Shown here: positions 11,601-24,881 of the stretch, piece after piece
Numbering within the stretch: position 1 is the stretch's first letter
How the letters are laid out: each line of letters begins with the position of its first letter
Source of the DNA: Botryllus schlosseri
Taxonomy: Eukaryota
DNA length: 64,000 nucleotides
Direction of reading: 5' to 3'
Assembly (NCBI GenBank): GCA_051294905.1
Contig: CM119373.1
Coordinates: 5,396,001-5,460,000 of the forward strand
Program-made: the position numbers and the translations under genes
The notes under the pieces: generated by a model
What the model saw: the letters and a program-made list of their open reading frames with translations, nothing else
Told to the model about the DNA's origin: nothing
Database searches by the model: none

Positions 11601-13616
11601 GTGAGTAGCCTACATCACGTATTACTTTACACACGCATGAAAATTCACCGTATAAAGGCATAATTGGTACTATACCTTTAAGATTCATTCAATAAAGCAC
11701 AAGAAACTGTATATTACTGACTTAGTTCTGCATTGTGGCATCCGTCATTTCGGCGTGTCTTAGTGGATGGTTTGAACGTGAGGTTCCCGTTCGTATTTAA
11801 AGGTTTGTGTTCACAAACGAACCATAGGCTCTGTAATGTGAACCTTTTTGATTTATTACAAATTTCCACGTATTTATGACATCTTCGGTTGCAATTCTTT
11901 GCATTTCAACCTCGACCACTCTCTGCGAGGAGCTGTCAGTAAAACACAATTTCGTCCCTAAACTTGCATGCACTTATCAATTTCAAAATTTGACATACTT
12001 TCTTATAAAAGTTTGCTGGTAATAGTCGGTATTCCGTTTGTAAATATTTAGCGACACTCTCTTGTGAGCTCGAACCATAACCACGCAACATCAATAACAA
12101 AATACACCATATCTACATAATAGCTATATAGTAAGCTAATTGTGCTAATTCAACCAATCAAAGTAATAGATATAAAGAATCCGTAGTTGTCTAATATGCA
12201 GTGGTTCTCAACCTTTTTCGCCTCGGTGACCGGTAAAACTCATTTGGTGTTGGCGTTTTGATATTGGATATTTATATGTTAATAATTGAAGTTTATGCAA
12301 CGTGAAGCAAGCGAAGTCCTATTAAAACCACTTGATTGTGATGGCTCGGTTTTCTTCGAAAAAAGGGCGACTTTGCTATTTTCTATAGCCTCTACCACAC
12401 TATTATGTGTCGCTTAATTGTTTAAAACTATCCGTAGCTTTAACATATACTTTGTCCTAAACGAGTTGTCGGTTACTTTTAAATCGTTCCTACAACACTT
12501 GCATGAATGCCCTAAGTAGACCATGAACTTTCTATTACGACACCGCGCAGAAAGTGCATTCTTAAACTCCTACATCGATTTGAAATTTGATGACTTATTT
12601 CTCTCTTTAATGGGCAAGGGTCGGACATTTTGCGGACCGGCAGGAAATTTGCCACGGACCGGCGTTATTTTTAAGTATTTGCCTGCACCCGTCAACCCGT
12701 GAAATTTGTAACGCAGAAAGGAAAAATACCATCACTATCGCCCATTCATATTCACGACTAAGTTTCAGTTTTAGGAACTCCTGGTATGCCAAAATTTCAC
12801 TTCAAAAAAGGCTTCTATGCTTCTCACGCTTCACAGGGAGAATCAATGTTCAAAATCGAATGTTCAGGTAGAGTTTTAACCCACCAACACAATATACTTA
12901 GATAAAATGTACCATTGCCTCACTCTGAGAATGTCGATGCTCACCATGTCGAGCGTAATTTCCAGACGATAGCTGATAGAAGAATTTTAAAACTATTTTG
13001 GTTTACGCAACGCGAAACGAAGCTCTGTACCTGAGGTTCCTAAACTACGGTTCGCGACGCAATGGGTTCGCTTGCTTATTCTCTGGGGTCGCAAAGATGA
13101 TAATCAATACGAATAATTATTACGAGAATGTCAATCAAGAGGATGCGATCGGCGGCTAATTTTCGAATATTTTAGTTCATATTTTTCAAAATAGAAGAAA
13201 ACTTATAGGTAATCACGAGACAGTTTCGCTTCATAACTGATGAAACTTTTAATGTCACATAAAAATAATGGACGTCTGGGATGCAATATCCTACTGTGCT
13301 AATTCATTTCAATTAACAAATGGTAAATAGTCTACTGATACAAACATATAGCTGTTTACAGTGACGTGTGGTCAGGGGAGGCAAGTGAGGCGGTGCCTCA
13401 CCTGTCGGCAGGATGAGTAAAGAAAATTTTGAAAACCATCAATGATTTCAATGGTCAACACCTACTTTAGTTGAGAAAAGTAAGAGTGAGTTTGGGGGTT
13501 CTGGAGGCCACTGATTCCGAATATGTCCTAAGTTTATTTTCAAATTGGCTCATGTTTTGGAGATAACCCATGAGGCTCTTTTTCGACTAAAATTGCCTAT
13601 TTGGTATGGTCTAATG

Positions 13617-14806
13617 CAGGGGTCTCCAACACGCGGCCCGCGGGCCGCATGCGGCCCGCGAGGTCCTATTTTGCGGCCCGCGACCTGATTTGAAAAAAAA
13701 ATCAGAAAAACGCTTAGTAAATCATGTTGAAACGCTAAAATTGATTTCAGTTGAAACATAATGTTGTTGTTTTTCAAAGTGAGCCATTCTATGTGCCCAC
13801 TATCACTATTACTCACTAGTTGATACGGCTTCGGCATGGTAATATCATTCCATGGATGAAGAATTTGCTGGTACGAAGGGGCATATTGCCTTGACGTGCA
13901 ATGGCCCACCACTGCCAAGACCGAGACGCCTGCAAAACGACTTCGGGCGCTCCAAAAGACCATGCTTTACGAGGAGATAGTTGTCTAGCAAGTAGGCCTA
14001 CCGTGTATAGCTAACCCCAATATTGATTCTTCAATCCATGGGTGGCCAATCTGCAGCAGTAGAAGGAAAATTATGCGGCTGTCGACACTTGTAATAACAA
14101 CCCTAAGTTTTCGCAGATACCCCCTGCATCAGCTGTATCTGGGAATCTGATCACATTGGCCGAGAAAGGATAAATATCTTATAGTAATATGTGAAACTAT
14201 ACTAATATTTATTGACGAAATTCACTCATGAACATGAAAATTTTTTCGCGCATCGCGCGACTACAGATTGGTTCTCTGTGGCTCTTTACAACATAACTAC
14301 TAACGATTTGGTGCGCATAGTAAGCCGATATGTGCATATAGATTAGTTCGGAGTGTACCGGCAATGGACATGGACATGATAACGTGGGTATTTGGCCCCA
14401 ACTAGTTTGTCACGACTAACCACCGGTATGCGGCCGCAGGCTAGCCTACATGAGTACGCGAAATGCGGCCGTGAATTACAAAAATGTTGGCCACCCCTGT
14501 TTTAGCGGCTAAAGACTGTTGTCATTGTCAGGTATCGTGTACAGCTCATAGTCCAAAATATAATGACATTGATGATCATGATACTTTTTGTTGTATTTGT
14601 GTTTGTTCAATAAAATATTAGTTCTTTTGTGGTGACTATAACCGTCGCCTATGTTAGAAAGCACAGCGTTGTAATAACGTAGAGTTATCAGACGTGGTTG
14701 TTGAACTGCGTTGCCTACTTTTATATCGATATTGATGTCATGCGGCCCGCGGCCTCCAGGAATTTGGAAAAGTGGCCCGCGACCTATTTTGAGTTGGCGA
14801 CCCCTG
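13617..14806. mobile_element. hAT MITE (composite); related partial copy at ~20041-21438
   Basis: CAGGGGTCTCCAAC...GTTGGCGACCCCTG; exact TSD GTCTAATG. Confidence 0.85.
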
Positions 14807-15954
14807 GTCTAATGAAATGTATCAATTGTATATAGTTGCGATAGCCATTACGAAATGCGGAGCAAACACATTCCGTTAATGATGTAGCTGTATTTTCCAT
14901 CCATAGCTACGTTAATTTGTGGTATGTAACAGCTACTTACATAACCTGCATTGTCGCTGTTTGTGGCCTTTTTGGTATTTTCGACTGCACTAGTCATTTA
15001 CACCAGGTCGATATTGTATATTTGATTCCATATCTGCTAACTTGTAGCACAGCCCACTTCAAGGTTTTTGTAAGACCCTGCTTACATGGATCATATGTCG
15101 AGTAGCAGCCTAGAAAGCCTGAGTGTGAAGGTGGCTAATGTGAGAAGAAACATAACGCCAACTCAATCAGCTAACCTTGCAAGGTTTTATATATTTGCGG
15201 ATCTTAATTCAAGGAAATTTGCATCCCCAATCAACATCACGAATCTAACCCTAATTCTCCACGGTCTGAATGATGTCTGCAACAAAGTTTGATGTTATGA
15301 GTGACATATTTAGTTTTGCTGATACAGTGTCCACTTCAATCTTGTAAAAAGGATATTGGACGAGCAAAGGACAATAGAGAATATAAAACCGGAATTAGAA
15401 CCTTACATTAAATATTATTATGTTTTTCGTTTCATCCTTTTCGTTGAGCATTTTTTATTAAACAACTGAACAATTAAATATGTCTTATAGAATGTAGAAT
15501 TGCAACAGCTAACATGGTGCAGGGAAAAGCTCTCTCGCTCACCCGCTTCGCTTGCTGCCGTTGTTATTTACATATTTGTGTATATTTATCGGGTACTTCA
15601 CGTCTGCGGGGGAGGGGTGTCAGTGTCGCACCGGCCTGGAACCTCACCGCACGTCAGTGGCTGTTAAGAGATGTTTTTTAGGGTTTATAGGGAGAAAATT
15701 TCAAGTTTTAGCAGGAAGGTTAATCTGGCTGGCTTCTAAATATTTGCAAAATCGTTTTGTTGTATATTGAACAGTATTTGGCACTTATCGCCTATTTGGT
15801 CATTTGTGCCCATAACATGAATGTTGTAAAGTTCGCTGGCCTCTTTCACTTTTGTACGCTTCGCGGACGACATCCAGTCTCGCACGCATTCATCATCTTC
15901 CACTCTCTCTTCCGTGCGTCCACTTCAGTATCAGTCGCTGTCGATTATTCAAAG

Positions 15955-16114
15955 CCCGGCTTCACTTTATCGGTCTGGGCTTTTTTCGCACAACACCGCA
16001 TATGCAGTGAGGTCGGCGATGAGGAGCATAGAAACATGGCAGAGCCGAGACTCGAACCAGCAACCATTGGTGCCGTGACTGCAGTGTTTAACCAACTGTG
16101 CCACTCGCTTCCCC
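15955..16114 (-). mobile_element. tRNA-derived SINE family B; second copy ~36860-37031
   Basis: Minus-strand head GGGGAAGCGAGTGGCACAGTTGG...GGTTCGAGTCT with A and B boxes; shared body CAGTGAGGTCGG-GA-GAGGAGC; 3' boundary uncertain. Confidence 0.65.
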
Positions 16115-16281
16115 TTAACCGGCTATAATATGAGGAGGTTAGTGCAGTATATGTTTCATTCGGAATTTCAACAAACCCCCTCTATAATTATGGATTGGAG
16201 AACAAATTTTAGGGATTTGAATAAAGTAACATTCTCATGCACTTATTTCTGACAATGACTCGTCTCCCCATTTCATTTCAG

Positions 16282-16949
16282 CGTGCAACATTTCGCACTT
16301 CATATTCCCGACTGTGGGGCACAGCGATTGCATTCAGTATGGAGGCAAGGTTATGCGTATGGTGGCGATCACGACATGTGCTTGGGTCCGACCAGTCAGT
16401 GGCGAAGAGCCTGTGACCGGAACGTTGTTCAGTTACTGTGCTTTGAAGGGTATTACACGAGAAACAGACCCGTGTGATACCGTTGACGTAAAAATTAATA
16501 AAAAATCAATTAAAGTGAAATTCGGGAGCAGAAAACACTTCACAGCGATAAATACCCCCATTATAGCCCGATCACATTTGTGCATAGTCAAGACAGCCTC
16601 ATCGACAGCGACTTACGTCAATGGCTCAGCTCTTCATTCCGGTACAGCTCAATATCCTGATCCTATCCTAGGCAATGGCGTTCTGATCTTGGGTCATTCA
16701 CAATACGGTCCTATCGACCCAGCACACCCGGCTAAGCATAAGTTTAAGGACGAAGGCTTCCACGGAGAAATTGAAGGATTTACCCTCTGGAACAGAGCTT
16801 TGAATGGGTCTGAAATATTTAGAATGTATCAATCCGGTGGTTGCTGCTGTCCAACCAATGCTTACGCGACTTTCGAACGCTACAATTCAATCGTCCCCGA
16901 TCACGGAATGACTGATACTTGGAATAACGCATGTAATCAGAATGAATGA
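16282..16949 (+). CDS. Pentraxin-domain terminal exon, gene 1 (divergent calcium site)
   Basis: Acceptor tttcatttcag at 16271-16281, phase 1. Reads CNISHFIFP...ITTCAWVRP...TLFSYC...SHLCIV...YVNG...GNGVLILGHSQYG...FHGEIEGFTLWNRALNGSEI, stop TGA 16947-16949. Motif order matches the pentraxin family. AATAAA at ~17173 and ~17210. Confidence 0.9.
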
Positions 16950-19919
16950 TGTCTTGTTTATAGTGATGAATTCTATAGTGGGAAGTATCCGAACATCCGC
17001 GAAACTGATTTATAACTGGTATTTTATAGTCATCGATATGACGATTCCACAAGAACTCCAACATCTTGTCAGCTCTTTATAAACGTGACTTGTTTTCTAG
17101 GTCTTAAGGAAACTTTTTTAGCTACAATGCGTAATGATCTTTTGAGGTTAACCGTATTCCCGTTGTTTATATAATAAAATTATGACCAACTGACAGCAGT
17201 AACATCCGAAATAAATGCTGATTGGTGATTCACCTTATCCATTTCAATATCCAATATTATCGATACTTTAGAGTGAACTCGACTAATTGAATTATCTATC
17301 GAAGTTCGAGGTGAATTTCCGTTCACTAGATAGTGATAAAATACCTCTGTTCATTTTGACCTAATTCTGCGATAGTCTTTGACGCCGGATTCATCAGATT
17401 ATGATGAATCTAACGACAACTACAGTAATTTTAATTCATCTATATTTTATAGACACAGTTTCCGTTATCGTCCAATTGATAAGCTTTATGAATTGGTCTA
17501 AGCTCAGTAGCACGGGCCTAGTTTGTTTCTTTGGACAGTGAAGGAGTCGATCTAACCCAGTTTGAGTTGGGAGATTGTCGATTTTCATGCATATTTTCAT
17601 GTTATGGTTTTCATGGTCATTTTTGAAGTCAGTTTTCAGTCTTTACAAACCTTTGAATTAGATTACAGAGAAATTTATTCTGGGGATAAAATTATTAAAG
17701 CCACGAAATCACATGTGAACCGTACTCTTTTCCGCGCATCTGGGAGTCGTGCAGCGTAAAAAAGCAGGAAAATAGTTTTTCAGTACCTCATACACTTCCG
17801 GCGCTCACACAGGTTCCGCAGAGACAGGTCGACGCGTCGACACGTCGAATCAAGTTATATTCTATGTTCTATACAACAGTGGTTCCTACACTTTTTAGAC
17901 GGCGACCCAAATCTGAAGGTTATTAGCATTTCGTCACCGAACCCGCACACTTATTTTTGTTCTTATCATCAGACCTGGTCATTGTGCGGCCCGCGACGTG
18001 ATTCTGAGTGGCCCGTGAAAGATTTGTTGGAAGTTAGTGTATAGAATATATTTAATAATGTTAATGTGTGGACAAAAAACCGCAGTTTAACAGATCCAGA
18101 AATGCGTTTATTCCGAAGTTTAGTGTGTCAGTAATCAAGGATAAAAGCAAAGCCAATATAGCAAATTATGCCGTAACAATTAAAGTTACAATATTACCCT
18201 GTGTCTATATTCAATTTCAAATCTTGTTTGTTGCCAGATCTATGTATTTTAAAATGTTGCGTCATACGTTTCCAAATTCGAATTCGTAAAACAATGCAAT
18301 CAGTGCACGTGATAAGCGGTTATCCACACTCACAAACGATGTTATGTCAAGCAATGAAAGATGACCCTAAATGCCGACATTTCAACAAGATTAGGAGCCG
18401 TGAACCGGGCTCTCCGGGCTCAAGAAATATATTTTGAGTCGGCATTATGAGAAAATTTACGCAGTGAATACATATACTCGGCCGATGCGGACCACCTAGC
18501 GTATCTATAACAGCAAGGTGATTTTACCAAGCTACACAGAACAAGGGACGCCGCTAATAATAACACATCCACTTAGCAACGCTGTTTAAAGATAGCCTAA
18601 TTTAGACATAAAACTACTCGCCGCAGATTGTATTTTAAACTTTTTCTCGGCCCACCAACGCATTTTCTGCTTCCGATTTGGTCCGCCCCCCATTTATGAT
18701 AGTGAAAAATATCGCTCCCTCCTCCCCCCTCTTATCGTCATATCCCAAAAAACGACCAGAATGCTGGGAATTACAAGTGAATCGCGCAGAGTGCGAAAAG
18801 AATTCTCAGTTGACCGGAGCTTCGCGATTATATTTTTAGCACCGCACTTAGCCGCATGTTAGCTTAAGCTTCATATCGTTATGTGTGCCAGCGCAGTAAG
18901 CGTCGACTCGTAGTATCTATGCACCCCTTGACTAGATCACCCCGACGCTCTGTCACGAGGTTAAGACAAACTAGGATATACTTTCCTGTTTCTTTACTAG
19001 TTAATGTTTTCATATTTGCGTGTACAGTTATATACTTATGCTGTTAAACATAGGGTAAGGCAGTTACGACCCCGCGTTTCCCCTTATCTTACCCTGCACG
19101 AGTAATACCCACGTGGGTTGATGTTTTCCAGCTAAAAAGATCCTAGACAAATCATATTATGACAATAAAGCAACCCATGTACCACAATGACCGATACATT
19201 CACTTGATCTAACTACAGAAGATCACGAGAATTGCGAAGAAATTATTGACCTTGTAAAAATTTCAGCAAGTATTACATACATATTTAAGTGTTTTTTGGT
19301 GTGGTTGCTACCCAACCTTCTAACCATTGTTATCCCTACTTTCGCTGTATTTCTGGTGACAACGAATATCACGAAGGATGGGGACACATTTTTACTAAGA
19401 TAAAATAGAGGGTCAAAAAGTTTAGTTAAAAATATTACTCCCGAAATACCCGTTCCCAAGTACAGTTAGTTAGGTTGGCCGTTTTTTAGTCAACCTTGCC
19501 GTAGAAATTCAGATTTCGCGTCATTCATGAATTTTCTTAGTTGTCCGTGTCCACTGGCCTGGCTCTCAAAGCTATAGAGGAGAACTAATTGCCAAAATGA
19601 AGGACATTTGGGCGTCCTCGGAGGACCTTTTCGATTTCCTCGAAAATGAAGACTAATCCCATAAACCAGTGGTTCCCAACCTTTTTCGACTCATCGCCCC
19701 CTTTTCAAGTTCAACACCGATCATCGCCCCCCCCCCAAAAAAAAATTTATGAACCGAACAATGGGCATACAAACCGGAATCACCGGGGGGTTGACTAAAA
19801 ATAAAGGTCAATTTAACGGCTCGATGTGGAATTTTCCACTTTTGCAACCAAATTCCGGTGGATTGACTAAAGAAAAGGTCATTTCTCCGCCTTGACTCCA
19901 ATATAGCAGATTTAACCCG

Positions 19920-20040
19920 TCATCGCCCCCTTATCGCCCCCTTCGCTATTTTCGCCCCCTTTGTCCGTTCTCGCCCCCCTATCGTCCCTTTCGTCATTTT
20001 CGCCCCCTAGACCGCCAAATCGCCCCATGGGGGGCGATAT
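19920..20040 (+). repeat. TCGCCCCC subterminal motif array of a hAT MITE starting ~19667
   Basis: About eight TCGCCCCC-like motifs; element begins CAGTGGTTCCCAACC. Confidence 0.6.
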
Positions 20041-21605
20041 TGTTGTTGTTGGTGAAAGTAAGCCATTCTGCTGTGCCCAATATTACTATTACTATAGTCC
20101 GGCATCGCAATATTATTCTATGAAGGAATAATTTGCAGATATGCAAGGGCATATTGCCTTGACGTGCAATGGCCCACCTCTGCCAAGACCGGAAGGCTTG
20201 ATAAACGACTTCGGGCTCTCCAAGAGACCATGCTTTACTAGGAGATAGTTTTCCAGCAAATAGGCTACCGTCTCTATATCTAACCCCAATATCGATTCTT
20301 TATTCCTGGGGCGGCCAATCTGCGGCAGTAGAAAAAAAAGTATGCGGCCGTCATCACTCTATTCAATTAGGATGTGTTGACGGCTGTCAATATTATGCAA
20401 ATTGAATTTACGAATTGACCCCCTAATTAATGAGAGGTTTGAATCATTCTGGAAATTTTCTTCACGCTGCGCGCGCGTCAGTGCGAGTTGATTTTGGATT
20501 TTAATACAGCAATTTCCATTGTAATCTGAGTCCCACAGTACAGATGCGATTAGCAGAGAAAAATGATGGGCCCCATAAAGAAATACCAACTTTTAATCGT
20601 GTTCTCCTTCTGGTAGACCTGCGTTTGGGCGAATCCAATATATTTCCACTATAACGACAATACTAATGGCAGGTCAAGAGATAACTGCATGCAACATAGG
20701 AGACTAATAAAAATTGGCCCACCCAAAGATGCACCACCGCATTAATAACTTCTCTAAGTTTTTGCAGACACCCCCTGCATAGACTCTACCGGTGAATCTG
20801 ATCACATGGGCCGAGAAAGGATGAATAGCCTATTTGATAGTTATATGTGAAACTATACTAATATCAAATGAGGGAATTCACTCATAAACATGAAAAATTT
20901 TTCGCTTTTCGCGCGACTACAGTGCGAATCCCTGTCGCTCTTCATAACATGACTATATTCACGGTCTCGGTGCCCTTAGTAAGCCGATATGTGTAAATAG
21001 ATTTATCCGGAGTGTATCAGCAACGGACATGGCGAGTTTGACGTAGATATTTGGCCCCAGTTTGTTTATTACCACTATGCACCGGAATGCTGCCGCGGGC
21101 TACATGGGAATTCGAAATGCGGCCGTGAATAGCAAAAAGGTTGCCCACCCGTGTTTTAGTTGCTACAGAGTGTTGTCTGGTATCGTGCGCAGCTCATACT
21201 TGATGAGCATGATATTTTTTGTTGTATTTGTGTTTGTTCAATAAAATATTATTCATTTGTGGTGACTATTCCAATCGCCCATGTAAGAGAGCACAGCATT
21301 GAACTTACGTAGAGTTATCACACGTGATTGTTAAGCTGCGTTTGGCTATGTTAATATCAATATTAAAGTCATGCGTCCCGCCGCCTCTAGGAATTTTTGA
21401 AAAGTGGCCTGCGACCCATTTTGAGTTGGCGACCCCTGACTTATGGTAACCCTAACGTAGCCCTAATTGACTACTTCGATTGGGTGTATATTGAAATCGT
21501 TCTATCAGACATATTTACGTTGCTTTAGATTTGCTGTACTTGGTTGACTAGTTCATAATTTCATATCTTCTATTACTGCGCAGACATCCCAACATTGGCC
21601 GTAAG

Positions 21606-22560
21606 TAGAGAGAGAGAGAGAAGAGGGGTATTCGGTTTCGGTCTGCACCATCGAGATGCTTTTGACGGTGGAGATGCGTTACGGCCGTAAGGTCATCTAG
21701 TCCGCACCCCCGCTTTTTTTCTCCTCCAATCTATCCGTGGACGCCGAGCGCCTAGCACAGTGGTTCCCAACCGGGGGGAGTTCCCCCCTTGGGGGGAATT
21801 TTGAAATTTTTAGGGGGGAATCTGGCTTGACATTTTCAGGGGATATCTGGCTTTGGCATTGTATCGAAAGATACACTATCTTCACAAGTTTGTTACATTT
21901 GTATGGTATAGAATTGTTAAGTAGAAATTAGTTCTTTACAATTGTATGTTTCTTTGGCGGACTTAAAGCTAGGTATATGTTTAAATGCCCGCCGTAGATA
22001 TTACACCCCCTGAGAAAACTACGCTCACAAGACTATATCGTTGGGTCCGCGACAGCCTCCCGACCAAATTGCTACTAAACAGGATAACGTCAAGCCGAAT
22101 TCAGCACAAGGCCGCTGATGAAATTGCTTAACTTTTTAAGCCAACATATGAGCTAACGTGAAAAACATACCCTACCAAATTCATCGATCAAACTCAAGTC
22201 CATAGCAAGTGGACTTGGTGATTTATTTTTCGTCAGCGGCTACCCGATCGGTCAAGACCAGGTCAAGTTTGATTGTACTTTACCAAAGTTTAGTGCTGTC
22301 CGCATTCGCCATAGTTCGGACATATCAGAATATCCTTGGCCATTAATTGCTCAGTCAAGAAATGGTTACGCGGTAAAAACTCATTTTTTAGTCACAAGCA
22401 ACTCTTTCATAGGGGGAAATTTTAGCTCAAATATCGGCCAAGGAGGGCACGATACGAAAAAGGTTGGGAACCACTGGCCTAGCAGGATAGCGGCGATACC
22501 AGTTTTCGAGTCTTTGGTCTGACCCGGCCGGAAATCGAACCAACGATCAAGTAGCCGGAC
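21606..22560 (-). mobile_element. tRNA-derived SINE family C (Nin-domain-like core), interrupted by a MITE
   Basis: Minus-strand B box GGTTCGATTTC, then CGGCCGGGTCAGACCAAAGAC...TGGTATCGCCGCTATCCTGCTAGGCGCTCGGC; (CT)n tail at ~21606-21621. Confidence 0.6.
21758..22476. mobile_element. hAT MITE inserted in a SINE; inverted sister copy at 23919-24881
   Basis: CAGTGGTTCCCAACC...GGTTGGGAACCACTG; exact TSD GCCTAGCA. Confidence 0.88.
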
Positions 22561-22704
22561 GTAGCTTTGAGAGAAGGTGTTGAACAGTATTTCCGTATTT
22601 AGTACGCTAAATTGAAAGGTAGGTGGTGAAACGTTACACTGGTACAAAAGAAAATAAATATTTTCCCGGTTTTGATTTTGTCAACTAGATGTAGGTAATT
22701 TTGG

Positions 22705-23430
22705 TAGGGATGGTGTGAACGTGAGGTTCACGTTCGCGTTCTGTGTGTGAACCTCGGAAATTTAGAGGTTCACGTTCACAAACGAACCTTGGTAGGTTCT
22801 GCACTGTGAACCTTTTTCATATGTTCCAATTCAAGTCATTATAACATCTTTGTTTGAAATTTATTGCATTTCAACTGCGAGTCAGACTATCCATGGCGCT
22901 GGCAGCATAAAAATCAACACTAAACGAGAATGAACCTTGACAAACTCAAAAATCTTTCATGCTTTGTTACAAAAGTTTGCTCGAAATATCCAGGTTTCTG
23001 TTTGAGAATATTTGGTAAATCTCTGCTCTGCTGGGAACACTCAGACGCCGAATACATTTTCAGGCCTGGCCTAGACCGTTGAATCGTAAGCTTATATTCC
23101 CTTGCAACTCCTCCCCGAAATTGATGGCAAAGCGACGGAAGATATTGATTTTATGAGATTATTATATCATTTGATCGCCCCAGTTGATACATTTAACGAC
23201 GTTTAAAAAGTCAGTAGCCTATGTACTTCAGCATTGGGGCATTATGTGGCCCGAGTCGTCGCTAGGTATCGTGCAAATTAATATATATCACTTCACTGAA
23301 ATGTAGGGTTGGAATTAGCAATATGACGTCACGTGACGTTATGATGGTCACGTTCGCGTTCACACAGAACCTTTCAAAAAGGTTCGCGTTGACACGAACC
23401 TGTACCTTTCAGAGGTTCACACCATCCCTA
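22705..23430. mobile_element. hAT MITE; relatives at ~11761-12060 and ~56574-57466
   Basis: TAGGGATGGTGTGAAC...GTTCACACCATCCCTA; exact TSD AATTTTGG. Confidence 0.88.
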
Positions 23431-23918
23431 AATTTTGGGTTCTTGAATTCGAATATGAACTCAGATCTGCTCTAACCCGACAGGTTTTTTAGTGATTACA
23501 ATTTCTATAATTCACGAATTTTCGCTTTTACCGCATTGATTTAGTAAAAAGTAATGAATGAACTCATTCACATTAGAGTATACACACCAGGACCGAATGT
23601 GGGTCAGTCATAACGTGTGCAGGACCTGTGTTGATAGATATAGATGTTTAACCGAAGGCAGGCAAAATGGTGTGGCTACCATTAGGAATACGGATGATAT
23701 GGAGGAAATGAAGAAGTCACTTGCATGATTTCTATTTCTGTCTGGTGAATGTCACAGGTTACAGAAGTGTCGAAAACATCTTATTCAAATCTTGGATTCT
23801 GCGTTGCGACCAAGTTCCTATTTCTGTTTTTACTCATCTTCCTCAAATTGATGGAAAAATTTTACAACATCTCTATCAGAGTTATCACATGGCGAACGTT
23901 AAGATTCAGACTTTAAAT

Positions 23919-24881
23919 AAGGGGTTCCCAACCTTTTTCGTCTCGTGGCCCCCTTGGTCGATATTTGAGCTGAAATTCCCCTTATATGAAAAATTTACCT
24001 GTGACTAAAAAGGTGCGTTTTGACGCACGACCATTTGTTGACTGAGCAAATATTGGGACAATCATATTCAGATATGTCCGAACTATGTCGAATGCGGACC
24101 GCATTACACTGTGGTAAAGTACAGCTAAATTTGACCTATTTTTACCGGTCGGGTAGCCGCTGACAAAAAATATATCACCAAGTGCGCTTGCTATGGCCTT
24201 GAGTCGAATCGATGAATTTTATATTTTTCCACATTAGCTCATATGTTGACTTAAAAAGGTAAACAATTTCCCCAGTGACCTTGTGCTGAATTCAGCTTGA
24301 CTTTTTCCTGCTTGGTAGCAATTTGCTCGGGAGGCTGTCGCGGGCCCAACGAAATCGTCTCGCGTTCCTCACTTTATCAGGGGGTGTAACACCTAGGGAA
24401 GGCATTTAAACATACACCCTGCTGAAAATCCGCCAAAGAAACATGCACTTTTAAAGAATTAGTTTCTACATAACAGTTCTACCACAAAAATCTAAAAACC
24501 TTGTGAGCCCAGTTTATTTGTTTTGAGGTGTTCATGGTGTGTGTTGAATACTATGGTCATTTACACCAGGCCAACTTCCTCCATTTTTTATTCCGTAGCG
24601 GCCGACTTATAGCACGGATCACTTCTAGGCTTTTATAAGACACCGCTAACACGGATGAGATGGCAAGGAGGAGCCTAGATAAACCCCAGACACGTAGGTA
24701 GGGATTCTTGAGTCGACCTCGGTCGGACTCGAACCCGGAACCCGTTGGTGTTGCAGCTGGGGAGTTTACCACTACGCTATCTCACCACACATTGTGAACC
24801 CAGTGTATCTTCCGATACAACGCCAAAGCCAGATTCCCCCCCAAAAATTTCAAAATTCCCCGCCCCGGTTGGGAACCACTG
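23919..24881. mobile_element. hAT MITE (inverted copy of 21758-22476) carrying a SINE insertion
   Basis: Reverse-complement similarity to 21758-22476; TSD ctttaaat/ctttaaag. Confidence 0.8.
24514..24791 (-). mobile_element. tRNA-derived SINE family A; other copies at ~27220-27475 (-), ~51680-51900 (-), ~59438-59526 plus 60660-60720 (+)
   Basis: Minus-strand A box TAGCGTAGTGG and B box GGTTCGAGTCC; AC/A-rich tail; TSD ttgtgagcccagt/ttgtgaacccagt. Confidence 0.8.

Noticed and set aside
24700..24790. tRNA genes at A/B-box sequences (also ~16040-16114, ~22500-22560, ~59440-59520)
   Set aside because: No complete cloverleaf; each continues into a shared SINE body, one with a clear TSD
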